Shown here: positions 1-10,250 of the stretch, piece by piece
Layout: each line of letters opens with the position of its first letter
Numbering within the stretch: the stretch's first letter is position 1
Source: Octopus bimaculoides
Lineage: Eukaryota
DNA length: 64,000 bases
NCBI RefSeq assembly: GCF_001194135.2
Contig: NC_068981.1
Location: 156,426,101 to 156,490,100 of the forward strand
Reading direction: 5' to 3'
The notes under the pieces: generated by a model
What the model was told of the DNA's origin: nothing
Databases searched by the model: none
Seen by the model: only the letters and a program-made list of their open reading frames with translations
Position numbers and translations under genes: made by a program

Positions 1-94
1 CAGAGCCTCGTTTTCATTCCAGAGCCTCGTTTTTATTCCAGAGCCTCGTTTTCATTCCAGAGCCTCGTTTTCATTCCAGAGCCTCGTTTTCATT
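1..94 (+). repeat. 19-bp minisatellite (CAGAGCCTCGTTTTCATTC)x~5, truncated by the window start
   Basis: Units start at 1, 20, 39, 58 and 77; one substitution in unit 2. Confidence 0.95.
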
Positions 95-345
95 TTACAC
101 CATTTTGAGCATGGCCGTTGCCAGTACCGCTTGACTGGCCTTCGTGCAGGTGGCACGTTAAAGCATCCACTACACTCTTGGAGTGGTTGGCGTTAGGAAG
201 GGCATCCAGCTGTAGAAACTCTGCCAAATCAAATTGGAGCCTGGTGTAGCCATCTGGTTCACCAGTCCTCAGTCAAATCATCCAACCCATGCTAGCATGG
301 AAAACGGACATTAAACGATGATGATGATGATGATGATGATGATAT
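95..345 (+). mobile_element. RTE-LINE 3'UTR-derived short retroposon copy with (GAT)n tail
   Basis: Near-identical to the sequence following the RTE ORF remnant at 32600-32950 and to copies at 1089-1303, 22326-22640, 45040-45385 and 54600-54853; ends in TTAAACGATGATGATG. Confidence 0.85.
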
Positions 346-1055
346 ATATATATACATCTATATAAGTGAGATGACAGAGACAAAGATGCCTGGCACCTTG
401 CTATACTCAAGAAGATCTGTATTTTATTGTAGAAGTGTTAAGACTGATCTCTCTGGTGAGGAAAACACTCATGGTAGTACCACATAGAAGCACACTTGCA
501 GCACCAATGTGGTAGCACATAAAAGCATCCTTGCAGTGTCACGTGAAAGCACCCAGCACACTCTGTAAAGTGGTTGGTGTTAGTAAAAGCATCCAGCCAT
601 AGAACCATGCCAAATCAGACTAGAGTCTGGTGCAACTCCCCAGCTCAAACTATCCAACCCATGCCAGCATGGACAACAGACGTTAAGTGCTTCTGCTAAT
701 GATGAGTTTGATTCCCAGTTGCGTGTTGTGTCCTTTAACAAGACACTTTATTTACATTACTCCAGTCGACTCAAAAATGAGTTGAACCTACAATTCAAAT
801 AGATCAACCTTGCCACACTGAATCTCTCTGATATGCGTGTCTGTGGAGTTCTCAGCCACTTGCACATTAATTTCATGAGCAGGCTGTTCTGTTGATCAGA
901 TCAACTGGAACCCTTGTCATCATAACCAATGGAATGTCACATTATATATATAAATTAATATAAGCAGCTCTGTGCAATATAAATTGTGACTGAGTGTGCT
1001 GAATAATGCTTATATTGCTAGAAATAAGAGTTAAAACCCTTCAAGTTGCATAAGT

Positions 1056-1086
<31 letters not shown>

Positions 1087-1088
1087 CA

Positions 1089-1303
1089 CTGGCCTTCGTG
1101 CGGGTGACACATAGAAGGACCCACTACACTCTCTGAGTGGTTGGCGTTAGGAAGGGCATTCAGCTGTAGAAACTTTGCCAAATCAGATTGGAGCCTGGTG
1201 TAGCCATCTGGTTTCACCAGTCCTCAGTCAAATCGTCCAAACCATGCTAGCATGGAAAGCGGACGTTAAACGACGATGATGATGATGATGATGATGATGA
1301 TGA
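1089..1303 (+). mobile_element. RTE 3'UTR-derived retroposon copy with (GAT)n tail
   Basis: High similarity to 135-345. Confidence 0.85.
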
Positions 1304-1316
1304 CAAGGCATGTAGA

Positions 1317-1388
1317 CATAGCTGACACTGCTGACGAGTCTGCAATTAACAGATGAAACTAGTCTAGTCCAGTGGTTTACCAGCTTTG
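1317..1388 (+). ncRNA. Type I hammerhead ribozyme (extended, bulged stem I)
   Basis: Stem I CACTG(1326-1330)/CAGTG(1370-1374); core CTGACGA(1331-1337); stem II GTCTG-CAATTAA-CAGAT; GAAA(1355-1358); stem III ACTAG-T-CTAGT; GUC triplet with cleavage after 1369; outer stem I AGCTG(1320-1324)/CAGCT(1381-1385). Confidence 0.85.
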
Positions 1389-1619
1389 CTCATGAGCGGT
1401 TATCTCCCCTGTCAATGTGCGCACGTGTGTGTGTGCGTGTTTATGTGTGTGTGTGTGTGTGTGTACGCACTTATGCAGCATTAAGGGTTTTAACTCATAC
1501 TTTTAGCAATATAGGTGCTATTCAGCACCCTCAGTCACGATTGAATTTTTCCTTTATGATTTTATATTGTGCACAGCTGCTTATAGTAAACACATTATCA
1601 TGTTACTAAATTAACTGGT

Positions 1620-2250
1620 ATGACACAATCAACACTTTCTGACACAGCATGGAGGTTCAGAGGTATCTTTATCTCTTTTGTTGACCAGGTATTTAGTATC
1701 TCTTGTTCTTGGATAGCAAAGGCATGACTTTCTTGGTCAGATGTAATTTACTTATCACAAGTCCAGGAGATGCTACTATTCCTGTCCATGTTGCTGACAT
1801 TCTCTAGCATGCATAACTTTTTCTGCGAATACAATGAGTGTTTCTCTTCTAAGTCTCTAAGTAGAATAGTTGAGCCACCCTCGGTTCACATGGAGCGACT
1901 GTAAACTCACTGTAGGCCTACTTGTTCAAGAATATTCTCTACTTATCTTACGATTTGGGGTGTATCAGTGATGTACTTATTTGTCTCTTTGCAGTTAAGT
2001 TTGGTCTGAGTGGTACAATGAAGCACTCAGAGGCTTTATAGATTGATTTTATGCCTCTACTTCCATTCCACAGTTTAACATAGACCCTGCCAGTGTCTCT
2101 GTTGATTTGGAAATTACCAGCCAACTTCATAGGTCGATTAAAAGAGTAGGGCAATCCATACAAAATTGACTGAAAGCAGATGGAACAAATTTGGGTCACA
2201 CTTCAACAGAATCAGTCTGTGCAAACTTTGCTTAACCAAGAGGACAATAA
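1620..2250 (-). mobile_element. Highly decayed R4/Dong-like non-LTR retrotransposon fragment
   Basis: Minus-strand reading ITSDQESHAFAIQEQEILNTW resembles the EGxxxAxQ(D/E)Q segment upstream of the CCHC knuckle seen in the other Dong-like copies (e.g. MAAQDQSLLTKT at 52891); many stops. Confidence 0.45.
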
Positions 2251-2788
2251 TTAAAAAATAATCGCATGACAGAAAATTCATTCTAGAAACGTGGTTTTCA
2301 ACATTTGTGAATTAGAGAACGGAAAAATCGTACGTAGGCACAGTTAACCCACTTCAGCACACGGATGAAATCGTAAAAGGGGAGGCAACTCTTTTCCATC
2401 TCAAAAGAATTCATTTGCTTCCATTTTCACTTTTAGTTTTGTATTTTTACCACTAAAATGATCATTTACTTCCATCAGTAAATATACTTAAATGCTTCTG
2501 GACACTCGTCTATATTGCCATATGCAATAGAAAAAGCGAAACCAATGGTTACTTTCTGACTTGTCATGTGCCACAACCAAGAATATACTACTCCACTACA
2601 TAAATGTATAACTGCTCGAAATTTCTTTTAGGATGTATATTTTTCTTGACTTATGGACAACTAACCGATATTTCACGCTCCCCTGGTCTCATAGTGTATC
2701 GCAATAAGTCACCATGTAAGTGACGTTTTATAGCTGCTCCGCTGGCTGTGCGCATATACGTTGTCACGAGAGGACTTGTTTTATATTC

Positions 2789-4130
2789 ATGGAATTCTAT
2801 GATTTCGGTTACTCGACCAAAAATGTTCCCATGCGGTCAAACAAAATCTTCACTAGGATGGTCTCGGAAAGCAAACAAGATGCATGGGATAGAAAGCCCA
2901 CTTCTATGATCGAGCAGCACCACCCTCAGGATTCAATACTTACAACATCGAATCTAAAAGATTTCTACCCAGACTCAACGAACTGGAGGCTTTCGAAGCA
3001 GATCTGCTGAGATCATCCCCACATTGAAATACCGTAATTTCTATAACCCTTTCCAACGCAAGTTTACTTCAGATCCATCCTTAAAGATTCAGATAAAACA
3101 AAACAACAAAACTATGCAGAGTAGATACGGTACTTATGATAGGTTGTTAGGTAATAGCATCACTTAAAACAATAGGACAGGCTTCCACTCATACATACAA
3201 TAGCATAAACAACAAAGCCAAGCAGTGAGCCCTTTTGGTATCTAACAAAATGGAAACTTGAGCTATGAGGAATGCATTTATTACCATCAAGAATCATATG
3301 CCGAAACTTCGCTTTCTATCTAGTCCTATCTGATAAACCCAAATAGATCGGAAATCGGGCTGGTGAACGAGCATAATTTGAGGAAAATAAATAACAACAT
3401 AAAGAAGGTATCCCGCTCTTTTCTTGTGATGTAAAACTAATGAAGTAATTTCATGGTTTAAGGCAGACCAGAGTAGAGGCTGAGCACGGTTCATCCCATT
3501 CAATATAGTGGACTTTATCCATATTTATCGAAAGGGTTACTAGAAAGGGCATTTGTTTTCGCAAAGAAACTAACTAACGTTAGTGACAGAAATATAGCGG
3601 TAATAATGCACGTCAGAAAAGACCCAGAAGGTTCCTTCGATGTGGCGATAGGAGTATTCGACAGCGTAGAGATCTATCTGCTGCCTCATATGATTATAAA
3701 TACTTGACACCTTAAGTAAGAGGTTCTCATCAGTCTGCTTTTGTCTCGTACATAGGGATGAAGTTTTAACCATTTCTAGAAGTGTGAGTGGGCACACCTG
3801 GACAGGACCTGATTCACACACTTAACTCCCTCGGTGTTAAGGTTACCATTGAGACCAATCTTACAATAGGTAACTTTTTTTTTAGATATTATAGTCGGTT
3901 TAGGATCAGTGAGAATTCAAACCTATCCTCGAATAAAGACATTTTTTACAAACTCTGGTAGGCAGCAGGTTTAAGGACCGCATCATCTATATTTCGGTAC
4001 CTAACATCCTCAAAATAAAGCGTCGTCATAAAGTCATTTAGCTGGTCCCACTAACTCGACAAAACCTACGTGGGAAAAGATCTTCCTTAGATTAGCAGAT
4101 AAGCGTTTCCCACAATCCCATAGATATAGA
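2789..4130 (+). mobile_element. Penelope-like element reverse transcriptase pseudogene (YRDD-type; GIY-YIG domain missing)
   Basis: Frameshifted reading gives MEFYDFGYSTKNVP, RFLPRLNELEAFEADLL, FIPFNIVDF, GSFDVAIGVFDSVEI (~3630-3670; cf. FDVxMGSxDGAEIC), VHRDE (~3747-3760; cf. LYRDD), KVTIETNL..NFFLDI and IFLRLADKRFPQSH. These are PLE RT and thumb motifs as recalled. Confidence 0.85.
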
Positions 4131-4430
4131 TTATGGTCTTCCCCGGTTGAGGACTACAGAAAGTAAAATCGTACGCAGGAAATCCGTACGGAACGAGAAT
4201 CGTAGAAGGGGAGGCAACTCTTTCGTTTTTTTTTTCATCGCTAAACTAAGGTTGTATAGTTATCTCCATCGGTAAAGAGGCTATATGTTCCCAGCTGGCA
4301 TTTGATACCATTTTTCTAACATAACGATTTAAATATATTCTTTAACCATATAGCACAAGCCTGCTGTAGTTTTTTCACTCTATTTTCTTTTATACATCTA
4401 ACCACGTGCTTTCATATACCAACTCTTTCA

Positions 4431-4469
<39 letters not shown>

Positions 4470-4519
4470 NNNNNNNNNNNNNNNNNNNNNNNNNNNNNNN
4501 NNNNNNNNNNNNNNNNNTA

Positions 4520-4780
4520 TATATTATCTAGTTTCAGCTCATGAGCTGTGGCCATGCTGGGGCATCACCATTTGGTGTTGCTACACAATTTTACTTCAGG
4601 AATTGACATTTGGTGCATGAGAGACTTTGATGCAGCTGCCCTCATCTGCACCTCCTGCCGCGAAGTTAGTTCATCTGGGACACCTGACAGGAAGAGGTCC
4701 AGCCTCATCTTGAAGACACCTACATCCACCCCATGCAGGTCTCTCAGGTCCTTCGGGAGGATATTGAAGAGCTGTGGTCA
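4520..4780 (-). mobile_element. 3' end of a CR1/L2-group LINE
   Basis: Minus-strand reading PQLFNILPKDLRDLHGVDVGVFKMRLDLFLSGVPDE...RAAASKSLMHQ matches the typical ORF2 C-terminus (N.LP...FK..LD.FL), followed by a short 3' tail. Confidence 0.75.
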
Positions 4781-4858
4781 GCTCGAAAATGGTTTAAATG
4801 ATTTCGCAGTGGAGACCTGTGCCTTGAAGATCATGAACGTAGTGGAAGGCCATCTGTC
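4781..4858 (+). mobile_element. Mariner transposase HTH fragment
   Basis: ARKWFK*FRSGDLCLEDHERSGRPS matches the mariner WF..F..G...LED..RSGRP motif. Confidence 0.8.
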
Positions 4859-5221
4859 ATAAACTCATTACAACATATGATATCAAAACTGGAATACTTC
4901 CCCTACATTACTTCTCTCTAAAGAAACTCAGCTCATTAACAGTCCAGATTTACCCACTACCACAAATTCTGCAGTACCATCATCTGAAAAAAAAATCAAA
5001 ACGACAACTTCGTACATTGTGCAGCATGCAAATTTTCTGGCTTCTCATTGCAATTATTTCTGGTTACAAACAAATGAATAAACAGCTTTCTTTTTTTCTT
5101 GTTTTTTTTCGTAGACTTTGTCCAGCAGTAAAACCAATTTGTAATAGTTAACTCATTGAAGAAAATATTTTAGCAACATTTTTGATTTTTAAAACATATT
5201 TCTTGTCATTGCAAAACTTCG

Positions 5222-5271
<50 letters not shown>

Positions 5272-5283
5272 CTTTCTTTCTCT

Positions 5284-5332
<49 letters not shown>

Positions 5333-6900
5333 ACATTACCAAGATTTTAATGGAATTAGTTTTATTGAACACAGTAATGGAGTCATCTTTTAAAATGTGA
5401 TGGGCTGAAACATTAGTATCATCAATAAAAGTAGGAAATTTAGATATAGTACATGATACTTCAATGGTTTCATCAGAATTTATGTTTAAGATATATTTCA
5501 GCATGCTAAGAAATCTTTATTAATAACAATTATTATTATTATTATTATAAAATTGGAAGAAAAAAAATTTACATGAAAATAAATGTAAATATAACTTTAA
5601 AAATATTAAACTTTAAGAATTTAACCAAGATAAATGTTAAAATATATATATATAAGTACAGAAATATATAATATATAAATCTTATCATTATAATTTATTT
5701 TGGGATTATTCAACTTATGGTTAAAATTTTTCTTTAAAAATTTCATGAAGATATTTTTTTAGCTTCCTTTTTTTTTTTTTTTTATTAAATAACTAAAAAC
5801 TAGCATTATCATCAATCAAATCTGTTCAAGTTTTTTCTGTTCTCTCCTCATTACTTTTTTTTTCTTTTAATAGATGTGATGCTAAAGGCAAATTCCAAAT
5901 AAAGTATATAATTAAAGCATCTCGTAGGGAAAAAATATATTGGTTCAGAAGAAACACTCTTTAAATTACACTATGAAGGAATTAAAAACAAAAGAAAGAA
6001 AACTTAACAAGAAAACACATTTAAAACATTTTTACTAAATAAGCATTTTTGAAATAAAAACTTAACTGTTAAAAAAAACCCCAATAAATCTTGGTTTGGA
6101 AAAAGAAGTTTAAAGCAAAAACATAACAGTTAAATTAAGAAAATATATTATTATCTATTAATATTATGTGCACATAATAAAGTTAATTTTTACATACATA
6201 CCAGAATATATTTAAGATTATTTAAATAGTTCCATCATGTCTAAAAGTAAGTAAATTTATATACTTATATTTTATTATTGTAAAAGTGATTATAGTAAAG
6301 TTAACTATCAAAAATGATTAAGCAAAATAAATAAAAACAATTATAAAACATAAGAATTTGAATGAATTGTATTAATTAGGTTCCTAATTTTTTCTTTACT
6401 TTTATTTGGAATTGGACCAATTTGATATGAACGTGGGTTGTGGAGCATCTTACTATAAATCACAAACAAAGGAACAATCTCCTAAAACTACAGCAAATTG
6501 CTTTAAAGAGCAAGACCCTTTCATTGATTCTACATAGTTTGAAAGAAGTAACTAGGGAGCATTAACTTGTCGAAATTTAAATTATATTCAAATAAAGACG
6601 AAAGACTTTTGTTTTGAAAAATAGAAAACAAGAACTAATCAAACAAACAGACAAGCTTTCTAATTTAACAAATTTATTGTGAAGAAACTCTTTTAGAAAA
6701 AATCTATTTTTTCTATTTTTATTTGTATGTTTCCCATTTATTGCCAAGTTAGCATGTCTAATGATAGCTTTAACTGATTTTAGATATTTACATACTTACA
6801 GAGCAATATTTTTTAATAATCAGATACTTTTTATACTGCAAACTACTCAAATAAAAGTAGCAGTGATAACTATTGAGAATTAGGTAACTTGAAGTAAGCA

Positions 6901-7140
6901 TAATAATAATAATCCTTTCTACTATAGGCACAAGGCCTGAAATTTGGGGAAGGAGGATAGTCAATTACATCAACCCAGTACTCAACGGGTACTTATTTTT
7001 ACCAACCACAAAAGGATGAAAAGGCAAAGTCGACCGCAGGGGAATTTGAACTCAGAATGTTAAAGGCAGATGAAATACTGCTAAGCATTTCATGTGGTGT
7101 GCCAACAACTCTGCCAGCTCACCACCTAAATAATAACAAT
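6901..7140 (-). mobile_element. tRNA-related SINE with (TAA)n ends, antisense copy
   Basis: Reverse complement of the copies at 8785-9240; further copies near 11000-11200, 36590-36790, 52690-52820, 54270-54475 and 56180-56460. Confidence 0.8.
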
Positions 7141-7296
7141 AATTGCCAAAGGAAACAATACTACAATCTAGAGTTAAGTTTGAAGTTATGATAGTGTAAA
7201 TAGTAACTGAGCATCTTTACTTCTTAACAAATGCTATAGAAATAACTTTATTTCTAGAACATTTTGTGTTCAACAGTGTTCCACTTCATATATATC

Positions 7297-7327
<31 letters not shown>

Positions 7328-7474
7328 TCTAATATTAACTGTAATGCAAAAATAATTCTATAAAACTAACAACATGGATGAAAACATGTTTAAAGCGTAT
7401 TTTGAAGACAATCTGAGAGGCAGTACAATTCCACTTCTTAATATGGAGTGAAAATTATATTTTCAGAAATATCT

Positions 7475-7492
7475 TTATGGTCTGGAAGAGCC
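7475..7492 (-). CDS. SMIM14: Tentative terminal coding exon of SMIM14 (GSSRP*)
   Basis: Phase-0 acceptor ttgttgattttacag|GGC with a GCTAAC branch motif at 7515-7520; AT-rich UTR-like sequence downstream. It lacks the PPAPPVD-like ending of vertebrate orthologues. Confidence 0.35.
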   Translation of the reverse strand, partial: GSSRP

Positions 7493-8784
7493 CTGTAAAA
7501 TCAACAACTTAAAGGTTAGCTTTACACATGAAATTTTAATGAAATATATCAAGAAATGAGTCCAAAATATTAATAAAATACATGCCTTGAAAATTTTATT
7601 TCAATAGCGGAAGATAATTTCAAGTAACCATGGAGTAACTAAGAAATAAATATTAGTAGTAAACTAATAAGAAAAGGCGCATTCATCTTCACAATCATCG
7701 TCACTATCATAGAATCAGATAAACACTAAAATTTTACTCAGCAATATGGTAATAGAAATACTTCTCAATCTAGTTCACCATGAAAGTGTAAAGAAGTCAT
7801 CCAGTTCAGATGTTTAAAATGGCTGGGTTGTTTTTTGTAGTTATATAAATGCTTCCATTTCTGAATTTCATTTGAATTAAATTTTTTTCTTTTTAATTAT
7901 TTTCAGTAGCATAATAATGTCTACAATTTCACCCACATTTGAACTTTACTGGCAATTGTTTCTTTAGATCAATGTCCATCTCCCCAAAAGCTTTTCAACA
8001 AATATGTATTAAAGAGAAACAGTTTCCTTGAGTACTCAGTGTGTATCATACACACACACACACATACAAATATATTCACACTTATACATGGTTCACATCA
8101 ATATCAGTCAACTCATATGACTGAAATTTCTTGTGCCAACATAATAACATGGAATAACAGAACAGAAACAAAGAAAAAAGGGCACTACAGTGACTATATA
8201 AGTGTGGTGAAAATTATGCATGTATATACACACACATATTATATNNNNNNNNNNNNNNNNNNNNNNNNNNNNNNNNNNNNNNNNNNNNNNNNNNNNNNNN
8301 NNNNNNNNNNNNNNNNNNNNNNNNNNNNNNNNNNNNNNNNNNNNNNNNNNNNNNNNNNNNNNNNNNNNNNNNNNNNNNNNNNNNNNNNNNNNNNNNNNNN
8401 NNNNNNNNNNNNNNNNNNNNNNNNNNNNNNNNNNNNNNNNNNNNNNNNNNNNNNNNNNNNNNNNNNNNNNNNNNNNNNNNNNNNNNNNNNNNNNNNNNNN
8501 NNNNNNNNNNNNNNNNNNNNNNNNNNNNNNNNNNNNNNNNNNNNNNNNNNNNNNNNNNNNNNNNNNNNNNNNNNNNNNNNNNNNNNNNNNNNNNNNNNNN
8601 NNNNNNNNNNNNNNNNNNNNNNNNNNNNNNNNNNNNNNNNNNNNNNNNNNNNNNNNNNNNNNNNNNNNNNNNNNNNNNNNNNNNNNNNNNNNNNNNNNNN
8701 NNNNNNNNNNNNNNNNNNNNNNNNNNNNNNNNNNNNNNNNNNNNNNNNNNNNNNNNNNNNNNNNNNNNNNCAGTAAAATTATCA

Positions 8785-9350
8785 TTGTTGTTATTATTCT
8801 GTGAGCTGGCAGAATTGTTAGTAAGCTGGGTAGAAAGCATAATGACATTTCTCTACATTCTAAGTTCAAATTCCACCAAGGTCAAATATGCCTTTCCTTC
8901 TTTCGAATTTGATAAAATAAGTACCAGTTGAGCACAGGGGTTGATGTAATCAACTTACCCAATCCTCCAAACTTGCTGGCTTTGTGCCAAAATTTGAAAC
9001 TATTATTATTATTAGGAAGGCAACGAACTGGCAGAGTCATTAGCATCCCAGGCGAAATGCTTAGAGGTATTTTGCCAGTTGCTACATTCTGAGTTCAAAT
9101 TCCGCCAAGGTCAACTTTGCCTTTCATCCTTTCGGAGTCGATAAATTAAGCACCAGAAAAACACTGGGATCAATGTAATCGACTAGTCCCCTCCCCTCAA
9201 ATTTCAGGCTTTGTGCCTTTAGTAGAAAGGATTATTATTATTATTAGGTGGTAAGCTGGCAGAATTGTTAGTGCAACAGACAAAATGCTCAGTAGTATTT
9301 CTTCCAATTTTTTACACTCTACAATCAAATACTGTCAAAGCCAGTTTGGC
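8785..9350 (+). mobile_element. Three tandem copies (one partial) of the TAA-flanked SINE
   Basis: Repeated GAGCTGGCAGAAT...CTGAGTTCAAATTCC...AAGTACCAG...TTGTGCC units separated by (ATT)n. Confidence 0.8.
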
Positions 9351-10094
9351 TTTTTGACCTATAAAATGATGCTGTGATGCTTACATTCCTAGAGAACATT
9401 ACATCCCTTAGCTCAAATAAGTTCCCATCCAACATGCCAGCATAGAAAAACAAATCCACTTTTCAAAACTAGGAGAATTAATGGATTGAAATTCTTTTTA
9501 GAAAACTCAATAATTTGCATACATATGAAGCAAACATATTTATAATGGAAGTTCTTCTATTACTAACCAGTCAACTATTTTTATTGTTTAGCTCCAGCTC
9601 AGATCACCTCTGATCCTATCTTATTTTTCAGACGCACTGTCTCTAGGTACATTACAATGTGTCCTTCCTTTTGCAAGATGATGGAGTGTGATTTGGAAAT
9701 TTGGCTGCCATTTCAAACAAGCCAAGAAATCTTGTAGAAGTTCCCTTGTTGTCAGTTGTGTTGATTGAGGCAAGCATAGTAACTACTTTTTAAGCACAAC
9801 ACAGTTGACTGCTGCAAAGTTAAATCCATAATTACAATATCTTTGAATCAACAGCTCAATATCTTAAATACACAATTCCATCATCATCACCATTATTCTA
9901 GACATGCTCGCATGGATCAGACTAAACATGAAACGTTGAGGTAGATTTTCTACAGCTGGATGCCCTTCTTGTCACCAACCCATGCCTGTTTCCAAGTAAG
10001 GTAATATTCACCCATGGCCTGATATGTTTCACAGAAGACTGGAAATGAAGGACACAACTATCAGGCAATGTCAAAGCAAGGAGATGGTAACACA

Positions 10095-10250
10095 CACGAC
10101 AGGCTTCTTTCAGTTTCCATCTGCCAAATCCACTCACAAAGTTTTGGTCAGTCTAGTGCAACAGTAGCAGAAACATGCCCAAGGTGCAACACAATGGAAC
10201 TGAACCCAAAACCATGTGGTTGGGAAGCAAACTTCTTACCACTTAGTCAC
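10095..10250 (-). mobile_element. tRNA-derived SINE (family ending ...GAAAGAAGCCTGTC-(GT)n)
   Basis: Same family as 15600-15720, 33390-33625, 34420-34550, 35480-35630, 57940-58050 and 63405-63530. Confidence 0.75.

Noticed and set aside
8039-8869. Long ORFs spanning N runs (also 15945-16257, 24088-24413, 46365-47543)
   Set aside because: Their length comes from untranslatable gap characters.
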